A model generated the notes under the pieces. It did no database searches. It was not told the DNA's origin and was given only the letters and a program-made list of their open reading frames with translations. This document shows positions 26,401-40,100 of a DNA stretch of 64,000 bases, piece after piece. Position 1 is the first letter of the stretch; every line of letters starts with the position of its first letter. Position numbers and translations under genes: made by a program. Source of the stretch: Cenococcum geophilum. Lineage: Eukaryota. Where the stretch lies: NCBI GenBank assembly GCA_050273025.1, contig CP158636.1:12338001-12402000 (forward strand), in the 5' to 3' direction.

Positions 26401-28166
26401 CATAGGGATATTACTATTTTAGGCGAATTATAGGTATAAGCCTAAAATATTATTATTACTATAATAAGTAAAGAAAACGAGTAGTATAGCTAAATAAAGA
26501 ATAAAGATATTAATAAATCTTTACAAGAACCTTATAGAATTAGTAAAGTTAGTATAAGAAAAGATAAAAAGGTATTATAACGCTAGGAGATCTAAGGGAC
26601 TAAATCTTAAGAAGGGGGATAAAGTGTAGCTATTATATAAAAATTTTATAAGTTAATAACTAAGTAAGAAGTTAGACTACGTTAGACTAGAACTATTTAA
26701 AATCGTAGCTAAGATTTTAAAGGTTACGTATAGACTTAACTTACTAGCGAAAATAAAGATCTACACTATATAATATATAGCAATACTAGAGCTAGCATAT
26801 AAAGACGCAGAGCTACTAGTTTATAAGGTAGATATGTATAGAGAATAAAAAGAAGACAAATAGTAAGTTTTAAAAATCGTTAATTATAAGGATATTAATA
26901 ATAAAATATAGTATAAAGTTAAGTAAATAGGCTATAATAAGACTACCTAAAAGCCACTATAGAATCTAAAAAAAGCTATAGAAAAAGTATAGGAGTATTA
27001 AAAGAAAATAGGTTAGGTAATATTAAGAAGAAGCTAAGAGTAAAGAAATTAGTTAAAGGTAATAGAGAAGCCAGGTTATCTAAGGGATCTACTATTAATA
27101 TATAAGTTGTTTCCCCCTCTTCTTCATTAAAATCCTTTTTAGCCTTTTTAGCCTTAAGTTCCGCTAAACCTTATTTAGTAAGGCGTAACTTCTTTAAGTA
27201 TACTTTTTTACAAATCTTTAAAAGACGGGTTAATTAAGTATAGGTATTTAACTAAGATTTTAGAGTATAAGATACTTTATTAAAGTGACGTTAAACTTTA
27301 ATAAGGGCTAGGGATAGTTTACTTTTTAATTTTTTAGCCGCTTTTAATATATAAAACCCTATAGTAAATTAGATAAGGTATAAGATAATTATAGAGAATT
27401 ATAAGATGCGTATACTTAGTGTTAAAGACGGATTAAACATTATAGGATAATTATATATTCGCTTACGTATACTAAGTATAGAAAGAAGGTTAGCGACTAA
27501 ATAGAGCCGTAATTATAATATATATTAACCTTTTCTCTACACACTAAGAATAGGATAGTATAACTTTACTAAGTAAAAGAATTATAGTTACTAGCCAGTT
27601 ATAGTAATTAAACAATAAGGATCTAATAGGAGGCATTAGAAATAATAAAGGTTATTAAATTAGAAACGGAAATACTATACCTTTAATAGATAACTTAGAG
27701 ATAGAAAGTATCTTTAAGGATAAAAATAAAGAGGAGGGGGATAGTGTTACAAACCTTATATTAGCAGTAGTAGCACTACTAAGAAGAGATATAAATAGGT
27801 TAATTAAAATAGTACGGAAGGCGCTAAAACTAGTTAAGCTATAAAATAAAGGGTAGCTAAGTTATATAGCTAGTTATATTATAAGTTTGGAATATAGGAA
27901 TATAAAAATATAGGAACGTAATATACTAATATACTAACGTACTAACGTACTTAGTATATTTCTTAGGCGTAGTATTATATATTTAAAGGACCTTAGTCTC
28001 TACCTAAATAGTTCTCTTCTTTATAGTAAATCTTAGAATATAATTAGAGTTAATCTATTAGGTAACCTACTCTACTAGTTATATTTATGTTATTAACTAT
28101 TTCTTAACCTATATACCTAGCTTGTTAATAAGTCTATTGTGGTATTTCCTATAAGGCTTTATTATA
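20420..28166 (+). mobile_element. Full-length Ty3/Gypsy chromovirus, RIP-inactivated
   Basis: LTRs 20420-20800 and 27745-28166; TSD ATAAC at 20415-20419 and 28167-28171; PPT AAAGAGGAGGGGGATAG before the 3' LTR; de-RIPped motifs CINCGKQGHFARDC (~21820), LIDSGATENYI (~23768), LRLCIDYRQLN (~24426), FGLTNAP (~24646), YLDDI (~24730), ETDASDF (~25171), YHPQTEGQTER (~26254), chromodomain YKVKWTGY..TTWEP (~26912). Confidence 0.95.
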
Positions 28167-30045
28167 ATAACTACTATTCCTAAACTAAACCTTAAAGTTA
28201 TTAATCCTTTTAAAAAGTTAATATTTGCTGCTTAGTATACTAGTAAGCTTATTTATAGCCTTAGTATAAATATTAAATATATTAATCTTTCGGCTTAAAA
28301 TAAAGATACTAAGTATTTTATTTACTATATACTAATAGATTAAATTAATATAATATTTAGTAGGTATAAATCTAAATAAGGCCTACCAATTTAAAGTTAT
28401 ATTATATGCTAATATAGGCGCATCTTGTGCCAATATAGGCGTATTTAGTGCCAATATAGTTACCGCATTTGGTAAGGAAATAGGCAAAGCAGCACCCCCC
28501 TTTAAATCCTCTAGTATTATAGTCTTAATACTTAAAGTCCTTCTATGTAGTACCTTAATCTTAGCCATAAGCTCCTAAGTACTTAATATTTCCCCTTTAG
28601 GTAGCTTTTCTCTAATATCTTATATTACGCATATATTTATAAAAATAACTTCTTAATCTAGTAGAAGCTCTTAAAGGTCTAGATATACTATAACTTCTAA
28701 CTTCTATATAAGAAAGTCCCTAATATCTTATAAAATCGGAACCTTCTGTTTTACTAAGCTACCATTATAGCGGCGACGTCTAGTATATTGGTGGTAGTTC
28801 TAGTATTTGGCTATAGCTCTATTATATAGGAGCTAGCCAATTAATTAAGCTCTCGTATAAAATCCCTCCGCTAGTCTTTAACCCCTAGGTATAGTCTTTT
28901 CTCCTAACCTCTAGTATTGAAAAAACCTAAGTAGCTAATATTCTGGTGTTAAAATCTAACGTTATAGTATTAAAAAAGGTCGACTTTGTCGCAACCTATA
29001 TATAGTCGAATTTAACGAATTTAGTATTAGGGGTCGACTATTAATATTATACGTACGTGTTTAGCCGCGTTATTTATGCGTGTCTAATTGATCAATCTAA
29101 CGTATCTGGTATAGCGATAGAGTCGATAGCTAATAGAGCTAGGTCTTGGGGCTGCGAAAAGGGCTTATAACCTATTACACGGGGATATAAGTGTATAGCA
29201 GTGTAAGGACTCTATAAGGTAGAGCAGTTACAAAGGATAAGAATATATATAATAGGCAAAAGCAATTACGTAATCTCTAAAAGCTCCTATAGATATCTAC
29301 GTACCTCCCCCCCTACTAATAAGTTATTATAAGCCCGCGCCTATAAGATACAGTCGGCCTATTATTATAATAGCGTTATAGGTAGCGCGAAGCAGCTAGC
29401 AACGGCCGTGGGGCATAGTATATAATAGTAGCAATAGATAACTCTAGGAATTTTACCCCTTTACTAGGCTCTAACTCCTAGTAGACCTAGCTTAGAGGAA
29501 GGATTAATACCTTATTAATAATACTATCTATATAGCCTAAAAGGACAGATTCGCGTATCGGTTTATTTAGGCAGGGGTAGGCTATAAGAATAGGCTTATA
29601 GAGTAAATTAGGTATATATAGGTAGGAGCTAGCCTTCTCTACTAGCTACTACGTTAACTATAGCAAGAAACTAAACAAGTAGTTTAGGTAAACTTACTGT
29701 ATATAGTAACTCTTATAGCACTATAATACATATATAGTCTGGCCATAGCCCTAGGATTTATAAATAATATAAAGCTAATTATATAGGGAAGAATAGTAGT
29801 AGAAAACTATACTAGGCTAAACTAGGCGCATAATAGGTGCATTATATAGGCAAAATAACACGGCGCTAAATTCGCACTAAACAAATACTAGCTTATTTAC
29901 TTTATAAAGAAAAGAAAAGTAGCAACCTAGCTTTAATAGTAAATATTTAAAGCTATAAAGCAAAACTAGAAGCTATCCTTAAGATCCTAGGGGTTTAGGT
30001 AAACTCTAAACTAAACTAGAACGAGTATATTATATAAGCGACCTA

Positions 30046-30363
30046 TCCCATACGCGGTCACAAAAGGTGCTCCTTTTACCGAGCCAACTAGAGGCTCTAG
30101 ATTTAATCAAGTCTTAGCAAATAAAGCTATGGATTTGATCAATTAATTATAACCCAATATTATGGTAATAAAGCTCAGATTTAATATATAATTCAACCCT
30201 ACCGTAGCTTAATTCGATTTAGGTGTTCCTATTAGCAAGGCCCATATATATAGGGTTTTATCACAATAGGAAGCCATATAGATACTTTAGTAGAGACGCG
30301 TGTTAATGTTTTAGTGTTCGCGCACGGGCCAAAATCAAAGGAGTACCTTAACCGCGCATGGGA
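30046..30363. mobile_element. MITE (~320 bp) with TA flanks, Tc1/mariner-like
   Basis: Left TA|TCCCATACGCGGTCACAAAAGGTGCTCCTTT versus right reverse complement TA|TCCCATGCGCGGTTAAGGTACTCCTTT; non-coding interior. Confidence 0.7.
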
Positions 30364-30611
30364 TAGGGGAGCAGCTGTATTTTTAGTAGTATTATAAATT
30401 ACTACTTTAATATAGGTACCTCTTTTAGATATATACGCCTACTATATATACCAGTTATAAGGCTAATAATACTATACGGCTCCTAGATCTGGGGCCTAGG
30501 ACTAGGCGGCAAGGTGCTAGTAAAAAGATCCCTAGTACTACTAGCTAAGCTCTAAAACTAGTGCCTATATAGAACTATAAGTGCATATAGAAAAATATTA
30601 CACACTATACT

Positions 30612-31528
30612 TGTCACGGGACGAGGTCAAGGAGGCTCTGAGAAGTCGTAGTATTGACTAGGTACACGACAGGATGTTGCACGAAGGTGCAAAGAGGTGC
30701 GAAGGCACCGTGGCTCTATATACTGTGGGTGCCAAGGCTCGCCTATGGCGAGCCCTTGGCGGTGCTACGGTCGGAATCCGTGACACTTTCCCCCCCCTAA
30801 TACAAAGCCGAAGTCCCTTGAGGCAGATCCTCCCCTTATGCGTAGTACTGTGGTACTCGTTGGCGACTAGTAGAGTGTTTCTTTTTGAAATGTTCGCTAG
30901 CAGACGTTGCACGAACAATTGGCTGGGGTGTTCGCTGGCAGGTGTTGCACGAACGGTTAACTGAGGTGACGATTCAATAGGTAGATTGACAACTCAATGT
31001 CTAAGGTGTCTTGTGACTATTCTTCTAAGTTCGTTAAGTCGTAGATAACTGTTTGTAGTCGTAGTTCGAAGTAGTATCCTCACAGCGAGACAGTGGGTGC
31101 TGGTCTTGCTCGGCGGGAGCTCACAGCGGGAACAGAGGTGCTGGTCTTGGATCGGCGTCGTCGTAGTCGTATGCGCAGGCAAGTAGAATCGTAGAGACAG
31201 TAGACAGAGATAGAGACATCGACGCGCTAGGAATCGAGAGGTAGATTAAGGGGTATCGAATTTCGTCGGCCAACGGTCGGTACGAGTCAAAGTCGTCGTG
31301 CCGGCTCCATAAGCGGTAGGGGAAGCCTATACGAGCCGTTGGGGTGCAACATAATGTCACGGGACGAGGTCAAGGAGGCTCTGAGAAGTCGTAGTATTGA
31401 CTAGGTACACGACAGGATGTTGCACGAAGGTGCAAAGAGGTGCGAAGGCACCGTGGCTCTATATACTGTGGGTGCCAAGGCTCGCCTATGGCGAGCCCTT
31501 GGCGGTGCTACGGTCGGAATCCGTGACA
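30612..31528 (-). mobile_element. Intact, un-RIPped 917-bp TRIM (miniature non-autonomous LTR retrotransposon)
   Basis: 174-bp LTRs 30612-30785 and 31355-31528 appear identical by eye (TGTCACGG...CCGTGACA); perfect TSD ATACT at 30607-30611 and 31529-31533; PPT on minus (CTTTCCCCCCCC at 30786); 569-bp interior with no retroviral domain; abundant CA/TG, unlike the flanks. Confidence 0.97.
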
Positions 31529-32455
31529 ATACTAAAACGTAAAGTAGTAGTTCTATTACTAAACTTATATATTAATATAACTACTATATAGAGAGCAGTT
31601 ATAGTATAAGGCCACCTAGTAGAAGAAAAAATACGCTAAATGCTAAAATATATATAAGGAGCGAGGGCCCCTTAAAGGGGAGATATACCTAAGTATACTT
31701 GCTAGGAAGCTCTCTACCTATATATAGTAAAGAGAGAAAAGGAAATATAGAAACTACTAGCCTACTAGGTAAAGTCCTAACGCTATACTAGCAGAGCGCT
31801 ATAATAATAATAGAGGATAGGAGGCCACTAATATAGATAGAGATCTACTATACTAATTACAAGATACGCAGATTTTAAATAGAAGTAATAATAGGAGGTA
31901 GCAAAAAATATAAGACGCAGCTATATAGAATACTCTATAGTTAATACTAACTCTCCCCCTATATAGGGGATTAATAAAGGTAGAATTTATAGCTGCCTTT
32001 CTACTACGGATAGAGGTTCTAGGCCTAAATATATAGCTTGTAAGCATTTATATTCTAAATATTATACCTTAATGTATATACGGATGGCTTATTTAGTTAG
32101 TCTGCTATATACTACTATTTTATAGCTACTGCTTAGTAAGGGACCAGCTACTTACTAATATAGGTATAAATAATATTACTTAGATACTCTCTATAAGCAG
32201 AGGCCTATAAATAGCAGTAAAATGGCTTATAGAATAAGGAACCCTTTAGTAGCTTTAAATAGCACATAAGACCTAATAGGAGGATACTATAGGATACGCC
32301 CCCTTCTAGCCTCCTAAGGACTAGTTACCCCCCGCTTAGCTATAGGTGGTATATTAGCGAATCGCTAGACCCTTCTACTACCCCCTCCCCCTAGATCTTC
32401 TAATATACTTAAAAAGTATAGTATACAAGGTAGACTAAAAGATATAATTATATAC

Positions 32456-32588
32456 TGTTAGCGACTTATTTAATTAAGGCATAAGTATAGTAAAAAAAGA
32501 TGCATGCAAGCCTGTATAATTGGATTGTCTATAAACGAGGATTTAAAGCTAGAGAAAGGAAAGGAGAAGAAGAGCAGCGCTAGTTAAA
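32456..32588. repeat. Short LTR-like repeat (~130 bp), same family as 58228-58357
   Basis: Starts TGTTAGCGACTTA; shares GGATTTAAAGCTAGAGAAAGGAAAGGAG and the surrounding sequence with 58228-58357; no TSD found for this copy. Confidence 0.65.
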
Positions 32589-34174
32589 GTAGGGTTCTTT
32601 TATGCAATCCTCTAGTTATATAACTACAAAGTTTTAATAAGTTCTGCTAACCAAGTTTTACTGTTTTCTGCTAGTGCTATAATATATACTAGCTAGGCGA
32701 AGGCAAAACGCATAAGACTAGCTAAAGAAAGTACCTAGGTTCCTCCTCCTTAAGGGGTTTTTCCTATATAGAAAAGGCAGTAGCCTATATAGACCTAAAG
32801 GGGGACTAAATTAGGCAATACATAGAATAAATAAAAATAATATTTAATTAGCTTATTTATAAAATTAAAAATTAGAGTAACTTAAGCACTTTTTTTTATA
32901 TATATATTACTGCCTCTACTTAAAGGCATTAAATGCTTGGTCTTTAAGAAAATTAAGCTATTAATAACTTCTTTCAATAAGGTATTTAAAAAGTATATTA
33001 TATTTAGATTTATAGTTGGTTTTAATAAAATAATAGTAATGTTTACCAAATAATCTATAACTATAATTAAATTATTTAATAAGCCAATACTAAAAGGCTT
33101 TAAAATAATAAGTCTTTATTAATATAGATACTATTATAAATTTATATTTACTTTACTTAATTGTTTTTTAGGCTTCCTTCTTAAACATATTATATTTTTT
33201 ACTTTATCTAATAGTTTTCCTTTAGGCCTATCAATTTTAACTATTTTTAAATAACAAATCTATAAATATTCTATTGCTTTAGGTACTTTAATAACTTAAA
33301 ATTACTACGGCCGGTATAATTAAATTAAATTTAAAAGACTATTTAAAGATGTATAAAAGAGCTAATAAAAGGAAAGCAAGGCTAATATTTCATTGTATTA
33401 TTAAAACAGTTATTAGTATAGCTAATTTAGTACTTTTAATTATATAATAAAATAAAAATTTAATACGGGTTTTAATAATAGCTTACTAATATAACAATAA
33501 GGGTATTAATAAAGTTAATTAGTACTAGCTATAAGTATATAATTCCTTTCTTAAAAAATTAGTAGCTAATATTTAGAGCAATGATTTAATTAAAATGTTA
33601 ACACTTTATAGGCTTTTTATTAACTATAATAACTAAATAAGTAGTGTTAGTATTTATAATTAACTTTAAAGCTATTATATTACCTAAATTACCACTATAT
33701 ATACCTAAATACCCTTATTCCTTTAGGCGCTTAATATAGCTATAATAAATGCCTATATTATTAGTAAAAACATTTTCTAAATATTAAGTAAGCCTTTCTT
33801 CTAAACCTATTACCACTTCCGTATATAATTAATATAAAACCTTATTATTATGGGTATTTAGCAGATAGGTATAAATAAAGAAAATATAAAGCATCTTCTT
33901 TATTTAATATTATTAAATTATAGGTAATATAAACCTAGTATTAGGCCTAATTATAAAAACATAAAAAAAAGGTATTTATGTTATTGCTAAAACTCTATTA
34001 CTTATAATTTAATAGTATAATACGCAAACTTATTACTATATTAAGAGCTATATAAAAAGGTAAGGCTATAAGAACTTATTAATATGCTAAATATATTAAT
34101 AGAAGTATATAAGGAAGCTTATAGTAAAAACGAAGTAAATAATATATAAATATAAGGTTTATAGGCTCCCTCTA

Positions 34175-37100
34175 TATTACAGGACACTCCCATAACACTT
34201 TATATACGTCCACCTATTTCTACCAACTTAGCAACTAGAGACCGACCACGAGATAGCAATCTGCTACATTCTACTATATTCCGCCAAGTTCCACTAAATT
34301 CTACTATATTCTGCCAAGTTTTACTAAATCCTACTAAGTTCTACTAGGACTACTACCTAAATCCTATTCCGCTCTGTATATGTGTTAACTAAGTAACTAA
34401 GCTAATAATATATACCCTTCCTTCCTGTTTTCCTACCTTTTTTCCTTATATAACGTTTTAACCTTATTATACAGTTTATATATATAGCTTAATAATATCT
34501 ACCTTATTATATATTATCGTCGCTTATACTTACTCTGTAATACTACGTTGTATTAACTATCTATACTATTATTAAAATGCAAAACGTACCTAAAGCTCCT
34601 ATAACGGCAGCTGATATACTTACTATATTTAAAAAGTAGATAGTAGGTTTATAGACGTCCTTTATAAACGCCCCTATAGAATAAAAGACCCAACACTAAT
34701 AATTAATTAAAGCCCTATAAGAAGAAATCCGCATCCTTAAGATACCTACGCTAGGACCCTAAGACTAAATGCTATCCCTAGAGGCCTATACACGGAACGC
34801 GAGCCCTAAACTAGCAGTAGTTATTTACTCTAAACTAACTACTACAGTATAACAATCTAAAAAACTACTAGACCCCCTAGTATTTACTAATAAATAATAA
34901 AAGCTCTAATTATTCCTAAGCTAGCTTAGGAATAAGCTAACTAGTAATACTAACTAATACCTAACTAAAGCTAACTAACTCTGTTACGCCCTAAGTTAAC
35001 TAGGAGGAGAAGCAGCTAACCTTATTAAACCTTTTTAGCCGAACTTAGTATAAAGCCTAATTATACTTCTTAAAGCCATATATAGCAACCTAAACCGCTA
35101 AGCTACTGCTTAAAGGAAGATAAACTATATAGCTTAAGGAACGAAAAGTTTCCTAGTATACTTCTCCAAATTTAACCATTACGCTAGAGAAACTGGCTAG
35201 AATAACTCCGCACTAGTTAACAGCCTCATTAAACCCCTAAGCCCTAAACTAAAAACCTCTTTAATAGGCGTAGACCTACTAGGAGCCCTTAATGCCTATA
35301 TAAACGTTATAATAATATACTACGCCTAACACTAAAGCTCGCCCCTTAATATAATACGGTAACACCGTAAATATCTATTAAGTTATTATCTTAGCCTAAG
35401 TACCCTAACGCTATAGATATTAACACTAGAATCCTAAAGTACGCCCTACTAAAATCCTTTAAATGGGAATAACGTATTAAGCTAGGCCTCTGCTTTAAGT
35501 ACAGAAGTAAGGACTATATTTTAAAATACTATCTTATTCCCCTACCTACGCCCTAAAACGATTTATAAATGGCTAATATTAGTAACTATTTACCGCGCCT
35601 AACCTTAAGCTATTAATTACGGCCCTCCTTGTCTAGTTCTAGCCCTATATACAGCAAGCACTATTTATAAGGACGAAGCTCCAAATAACGTCCTATAAAA
35701 ACCCCGCCCTAATTGCCTTTAAAAAAAGGGTTTAAAGCTAAGTTGCTCTCTAGAATAGCTTTACTACAGAATCTTATTAAACGCATTTAATGTTACAAAC
35801 TCTAACTCTTAGGACTATAGTATAACTATTAACTGCCGTCTTTAGCAGAATAGTTAATAGGCTAATGCTTAAATCCTAATTAATATAGGAGCTAGCGGTA
35901 TAGGATTTATTAATAAGATCTTTATATAAGATAATAGTTTTACCCTAACCCCCCTTAACTGGTATATTAATATATTTAAATTTAATAGCAAACGCAGCGT
36001 CTTAGGCCGTATTACCTATATAGTAGCCCTAAGACTCTAATACCTAAACCATAAAGAACTAATTAAGCTTTTTGTTACTACCTTAGGTTACCTAATAATT
36101 CTTAAACAGCCCTAGATAAAGCTATATAAAGTAGTTATTAATTAAAATAACCTTAAGCTTTTATTTACTGCCCCATATTCTAAGTAGGAATACTTTATAA
36201 TATACTACCTTAACTCTAAACCAAAATTTAGGAAATCTACTAAAATCTATTAGCCTAAGATTTCCACTAATATCCACCCCACGCCTAAGGAATCTACTTA
36301 ATTCCACTAACCTAAGAATTTTACTAGAATCTACTAATATAAGATTTCTACCGACGTCTACTAAGGACTTAAAAATTATACTAAACCACACAAACTAATC
36401 CTAACTACTATACCGCCTCAAACTAAGTAGAAGCTTAAGCTTAATATATAAAAGTACCAGAAGAACTAGTATTTTACTATAAGAAGGATACTTAAAGAAC
36501 CTAAACCTAAATTTAATACTAACTCCGTACCTAATACAAAACTTAAAGCTAAATAAGAAACTATATAAGAAACTAAGGACAACCTAAGCTTACTTAACAC
36601 CTTAGATATCTATATAATTAGAGCTACTCCGCTAGCCTAACTTACTAAAAAGCCTAAATATACAATTTTTGCTGTTATAATAGCTAATATTAAGAAAGCC
36701 TTAGTATTAAAGAAATATACTAACCCTGCCACGAAGGTACTAGTAGAGTATTATTACCGCCTAGATATATTCTTATAAAAGGAAGCTAATAAGCTACCAG
36801 AATACTAACTATACGACTATAAAATTATACTTAAAGAAGGAAAATAGCCTAGATTTAGACCCCTATACAGGATGTCCTAAAATAAACTCTAAGTATTATA
36901 GAAGTATTTAGACAAGAACCTAACAAAGGATTTATTAGAGCAAGCTCTTCGCTTATAGCCGTACTAATAATCTTTATTAAGAAACCTAGCGGCGGCCTAC
37001 GCTTCTACGTAGACTACTAAGCTTTTAACGCTATTACTCTTAAGAACTAATATCTAATCCCGTTAATATAAAAGACGCTAAACTAACTAAGTAAGGCTTA

Positions 37101-40100
37101 TTACTATTATAACGGCTCGCATAAATGCCTCTAAATTAAAGCTTGTAGATTGCTATCTAATAAAAATACTAAGCTAAGGAGAAGAAGAAGAAGTAGAATT
37201 ATTAGGGGTAGCAGGTAGACATATCGCGAGGGCCGCTAAGGCGCTAGTGGTAAGTGGGCTAATAGCGATTTTCTATCCCGGGGGTGGAAAATCCTAATTA
37301 GCTAAATTTAGGGTCGGCAAAATATGGCAGAATTTGGCGGGTAACGCGCCCTAGCATTATTACATCACCCTCCCCTCCCGAAAAAGCCTGCCCTTAGGCG
37401 TTGTTTAAGCTCCTTATTATCGTCTAAATTATTATAGCTATTTAAGCCTTCTTCCCAGCACTTAATCTAGCTATTTAACTTACGTAGTAGTCCGGGGAGA
37501 TTAGGGTAGGCTAGATAGAAGTTCTATAGCTTATAGGGGGAGTACTTAAAATTAGATGCAGGATACTATTCTAGGTCTTTATTATAGCCTACCTAGCTTA
37601 TATAGTATTTTAAGACATTACAGACCTTTCTTACTACTAGGATTTCTTTAACTTCCTATTCTTTATCCTCTGCAATCTGGATTAGTAGTAGGGGGTCGTT
37701 ATACTGCCTAGGTAGTAGATTATTTATAGCCTTTTATAGCTGGTCTAGGGAGAAGACGGGGTAGATCTTTATTAATTCTAGTAGCTTAACCCTAAAAGAG
37801 TATCCTACCTTTTAAAGAATCTTATATGGGCCAGCTATTTAGTAGTCTAGCTTATAGCTCGGCCTCTAGGTCTTTTAGTTCTTTATTAACACCTATACCC
37901 TATCTCCTACTTAGAAGTCTACCTCGCGGTAATATCGGTTTATATTGGATTTCTTCTTCTCTTACGCCTTTTTTATAATTATTTAAGTAGTCTCCTAGGC
38001 TCTATATATTCTTTTGGTAAATACCTAGACCTCTTTATAGCTAAGGCGTTCGCGGGCCGTAGTGGGTTTAGTAGGCCTATCCTAATTAAAAGACGTTTAT
38101 GGTGTATACCTGTGGAGTAGTTTAAATAGCGATATCCCTATACTATTATAGGGCAGCGTAAGCTGCGTATAGTCTATTATAGGTAGTAATTCCAACTAGT
38201 TATCCTAATAGTAATCTATAAAGGGGCGTAGTTGCTAGTCAAGGTACTAGTTTATAATCTCGGTTTAGCCGTTAGTTTAAGAATAAAATATAGTAGAGAG
38301 CTTAATTTTAATCCTAAGGATATAATAAAGCTCGTTTTAAAAGTCTAATATAAACTAGGGACCACGGTTAGAGATAATTAATTTAGGGGTGCCGTAGAAT
38401 TAATAGATATTATTAACGTAGAGGCGGGCCATATCCTTTATAGTTATAGTCTTAAAATAGGGGAGGGATATAGATTATTTATATAGCCGGTTAATTACTA
38501 TAAAGGCCGTATTATAGCCGTAGACGTCTCTTAGAAATAACTTAAAGTCTATTATAATATATTACTAAGGGCGTTCTAGAACTAGTAGCGGTTATAGCTA
38601 TCTAGGGACTTAATCCTTAGGTATATCTACTCGTTTATAGGCGTGGTAGTTTCTTATAAATCGATCTATATCTAATAGAAGTCCTCGCCAGTAATAACAA
38701 GGCGTTAATAGTCGGTAGGTCTTGTCTCGGCTAGGGTATACTATTAAGACTTAATAGTGGGCTTCACGGATTAGCTTTATTTGTAGGTTATTAATATCCG
38801 GAACTATAAGTCGTTCTTAATATAGAAGTAGTCCTTTTTTTATTTCTAAATTAGGGTTACCCTTCGTGGCCTAGTCGTGGAGGGCCTTTAGAAAGTCGGC
38901 CGTGCGGTTCGTAGTTAGAATGCGATTAATTAGCCCTATTAGTTTATCTAAGACTTCTTCTATAGGTACTAAACCATTCTATTTAGAGTCTAGCTCCTTA
39001 AGGATCCGTAGGTTAAGCTATTTGGGGTAAAGGAGGGCGCACGTCTAGTATTAGGCCTTTAGCTTATCCTAGGGTCTTATATCTTATTCCCTTTGGGTTA
39101 ATATATTAGCCTTAGAGTTTTATTTACTAGAACAATATATAATTATAAAAAAGAATTAGGAGAGTATTTTAGCCTAGTAAGCTTATTATCTAGTAAGCTG
39201 CTTTATCGTTATAAAGTACTTTAGGGCTTTATAATCTATATATATCTTAATCCGGGAGTTTGTGCCTTTAAGCTTTACGCGCTATTAGAATAATAATTAG
39301 ATAATAGCTAGCATTTCTTTATTATATACTTTATAGTTATACTTAGCCGGGTCTATTATTTTTAAGAAGAAGGTAATAGGGTACTATTTACTATCTAGAT
39401 ATAACTATAATAGAATTCCTACTATAACTTTATTAGAAGCGTCTATTTTTAGCATTAACTTAAGGTCCGAGTTATAGTAACAAAGAATTAGAGTAAAGGT
39501 AAGCCGATCTTTTAACTCCCTAAAGGCTTCTATATAGTTATTATTAAAGATAAAAGGCGTATCTTTCTGGGTAAGTTGTGTAAGAGGCTTTACTATAATT
39601 CTATAGTTACGGATAAACTAATAGTAGAAGTTATAAAAGCTAAGGAAGGACTGGATCCCTTTTATAGTATAAGGGGGTTTCTAGTTATAGATTACTTTAA
39701 CCTTCTCTAAATTAACTTTAATTCTGTCTATAGTAATAATAAACCTAAGATACTTTATATACTTTACCCCAAATTTATATTTCTTAATATTAACTTATAA
39801 GCCTACCTTCCGCAATCTCTTTAAAACCTTCTTAATATAGACCTAGTGCTATAGTTTATTGTTTGAGTATATAATAATATCGTCTAGGTATACCGTGTAG
39901 AATTCGTTAAGGTAGTTAAATAAGACATTATTTATATACCTTTAGTACGTAGCAGGCCCATTTATAAATCTAAAAGGGAGGACTTTATATTTATAGGACC
40001 TATAATAGGTACAGAACGTTATTAAGTCTTTAAAAGTAGGGTTTATCTAAATTCGGTAGAAAGCTTAATAGATATTAAGTTTAGTAAAGATCTTCACCTA

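Noticed and set aside
27050..27740. Antisense Cys-rich ORF3 downstream of the Gypsy chromodomain
   Set aside because: Cys residues appear only after liberal RIP reversal and a frameshift; not supportable by eye.
30658..31591. Short ORFs within the TRIM
   Set aside because: 62-96 aa overlapping frames in GC-richer DNA with no gag or pol motif; expected by chance once RIP stops are absent.
32880..34170. Possible hAT or other transposase remnant
   Set aside because: No diagnostic motif could be read in the frames I tried; left unclassified.
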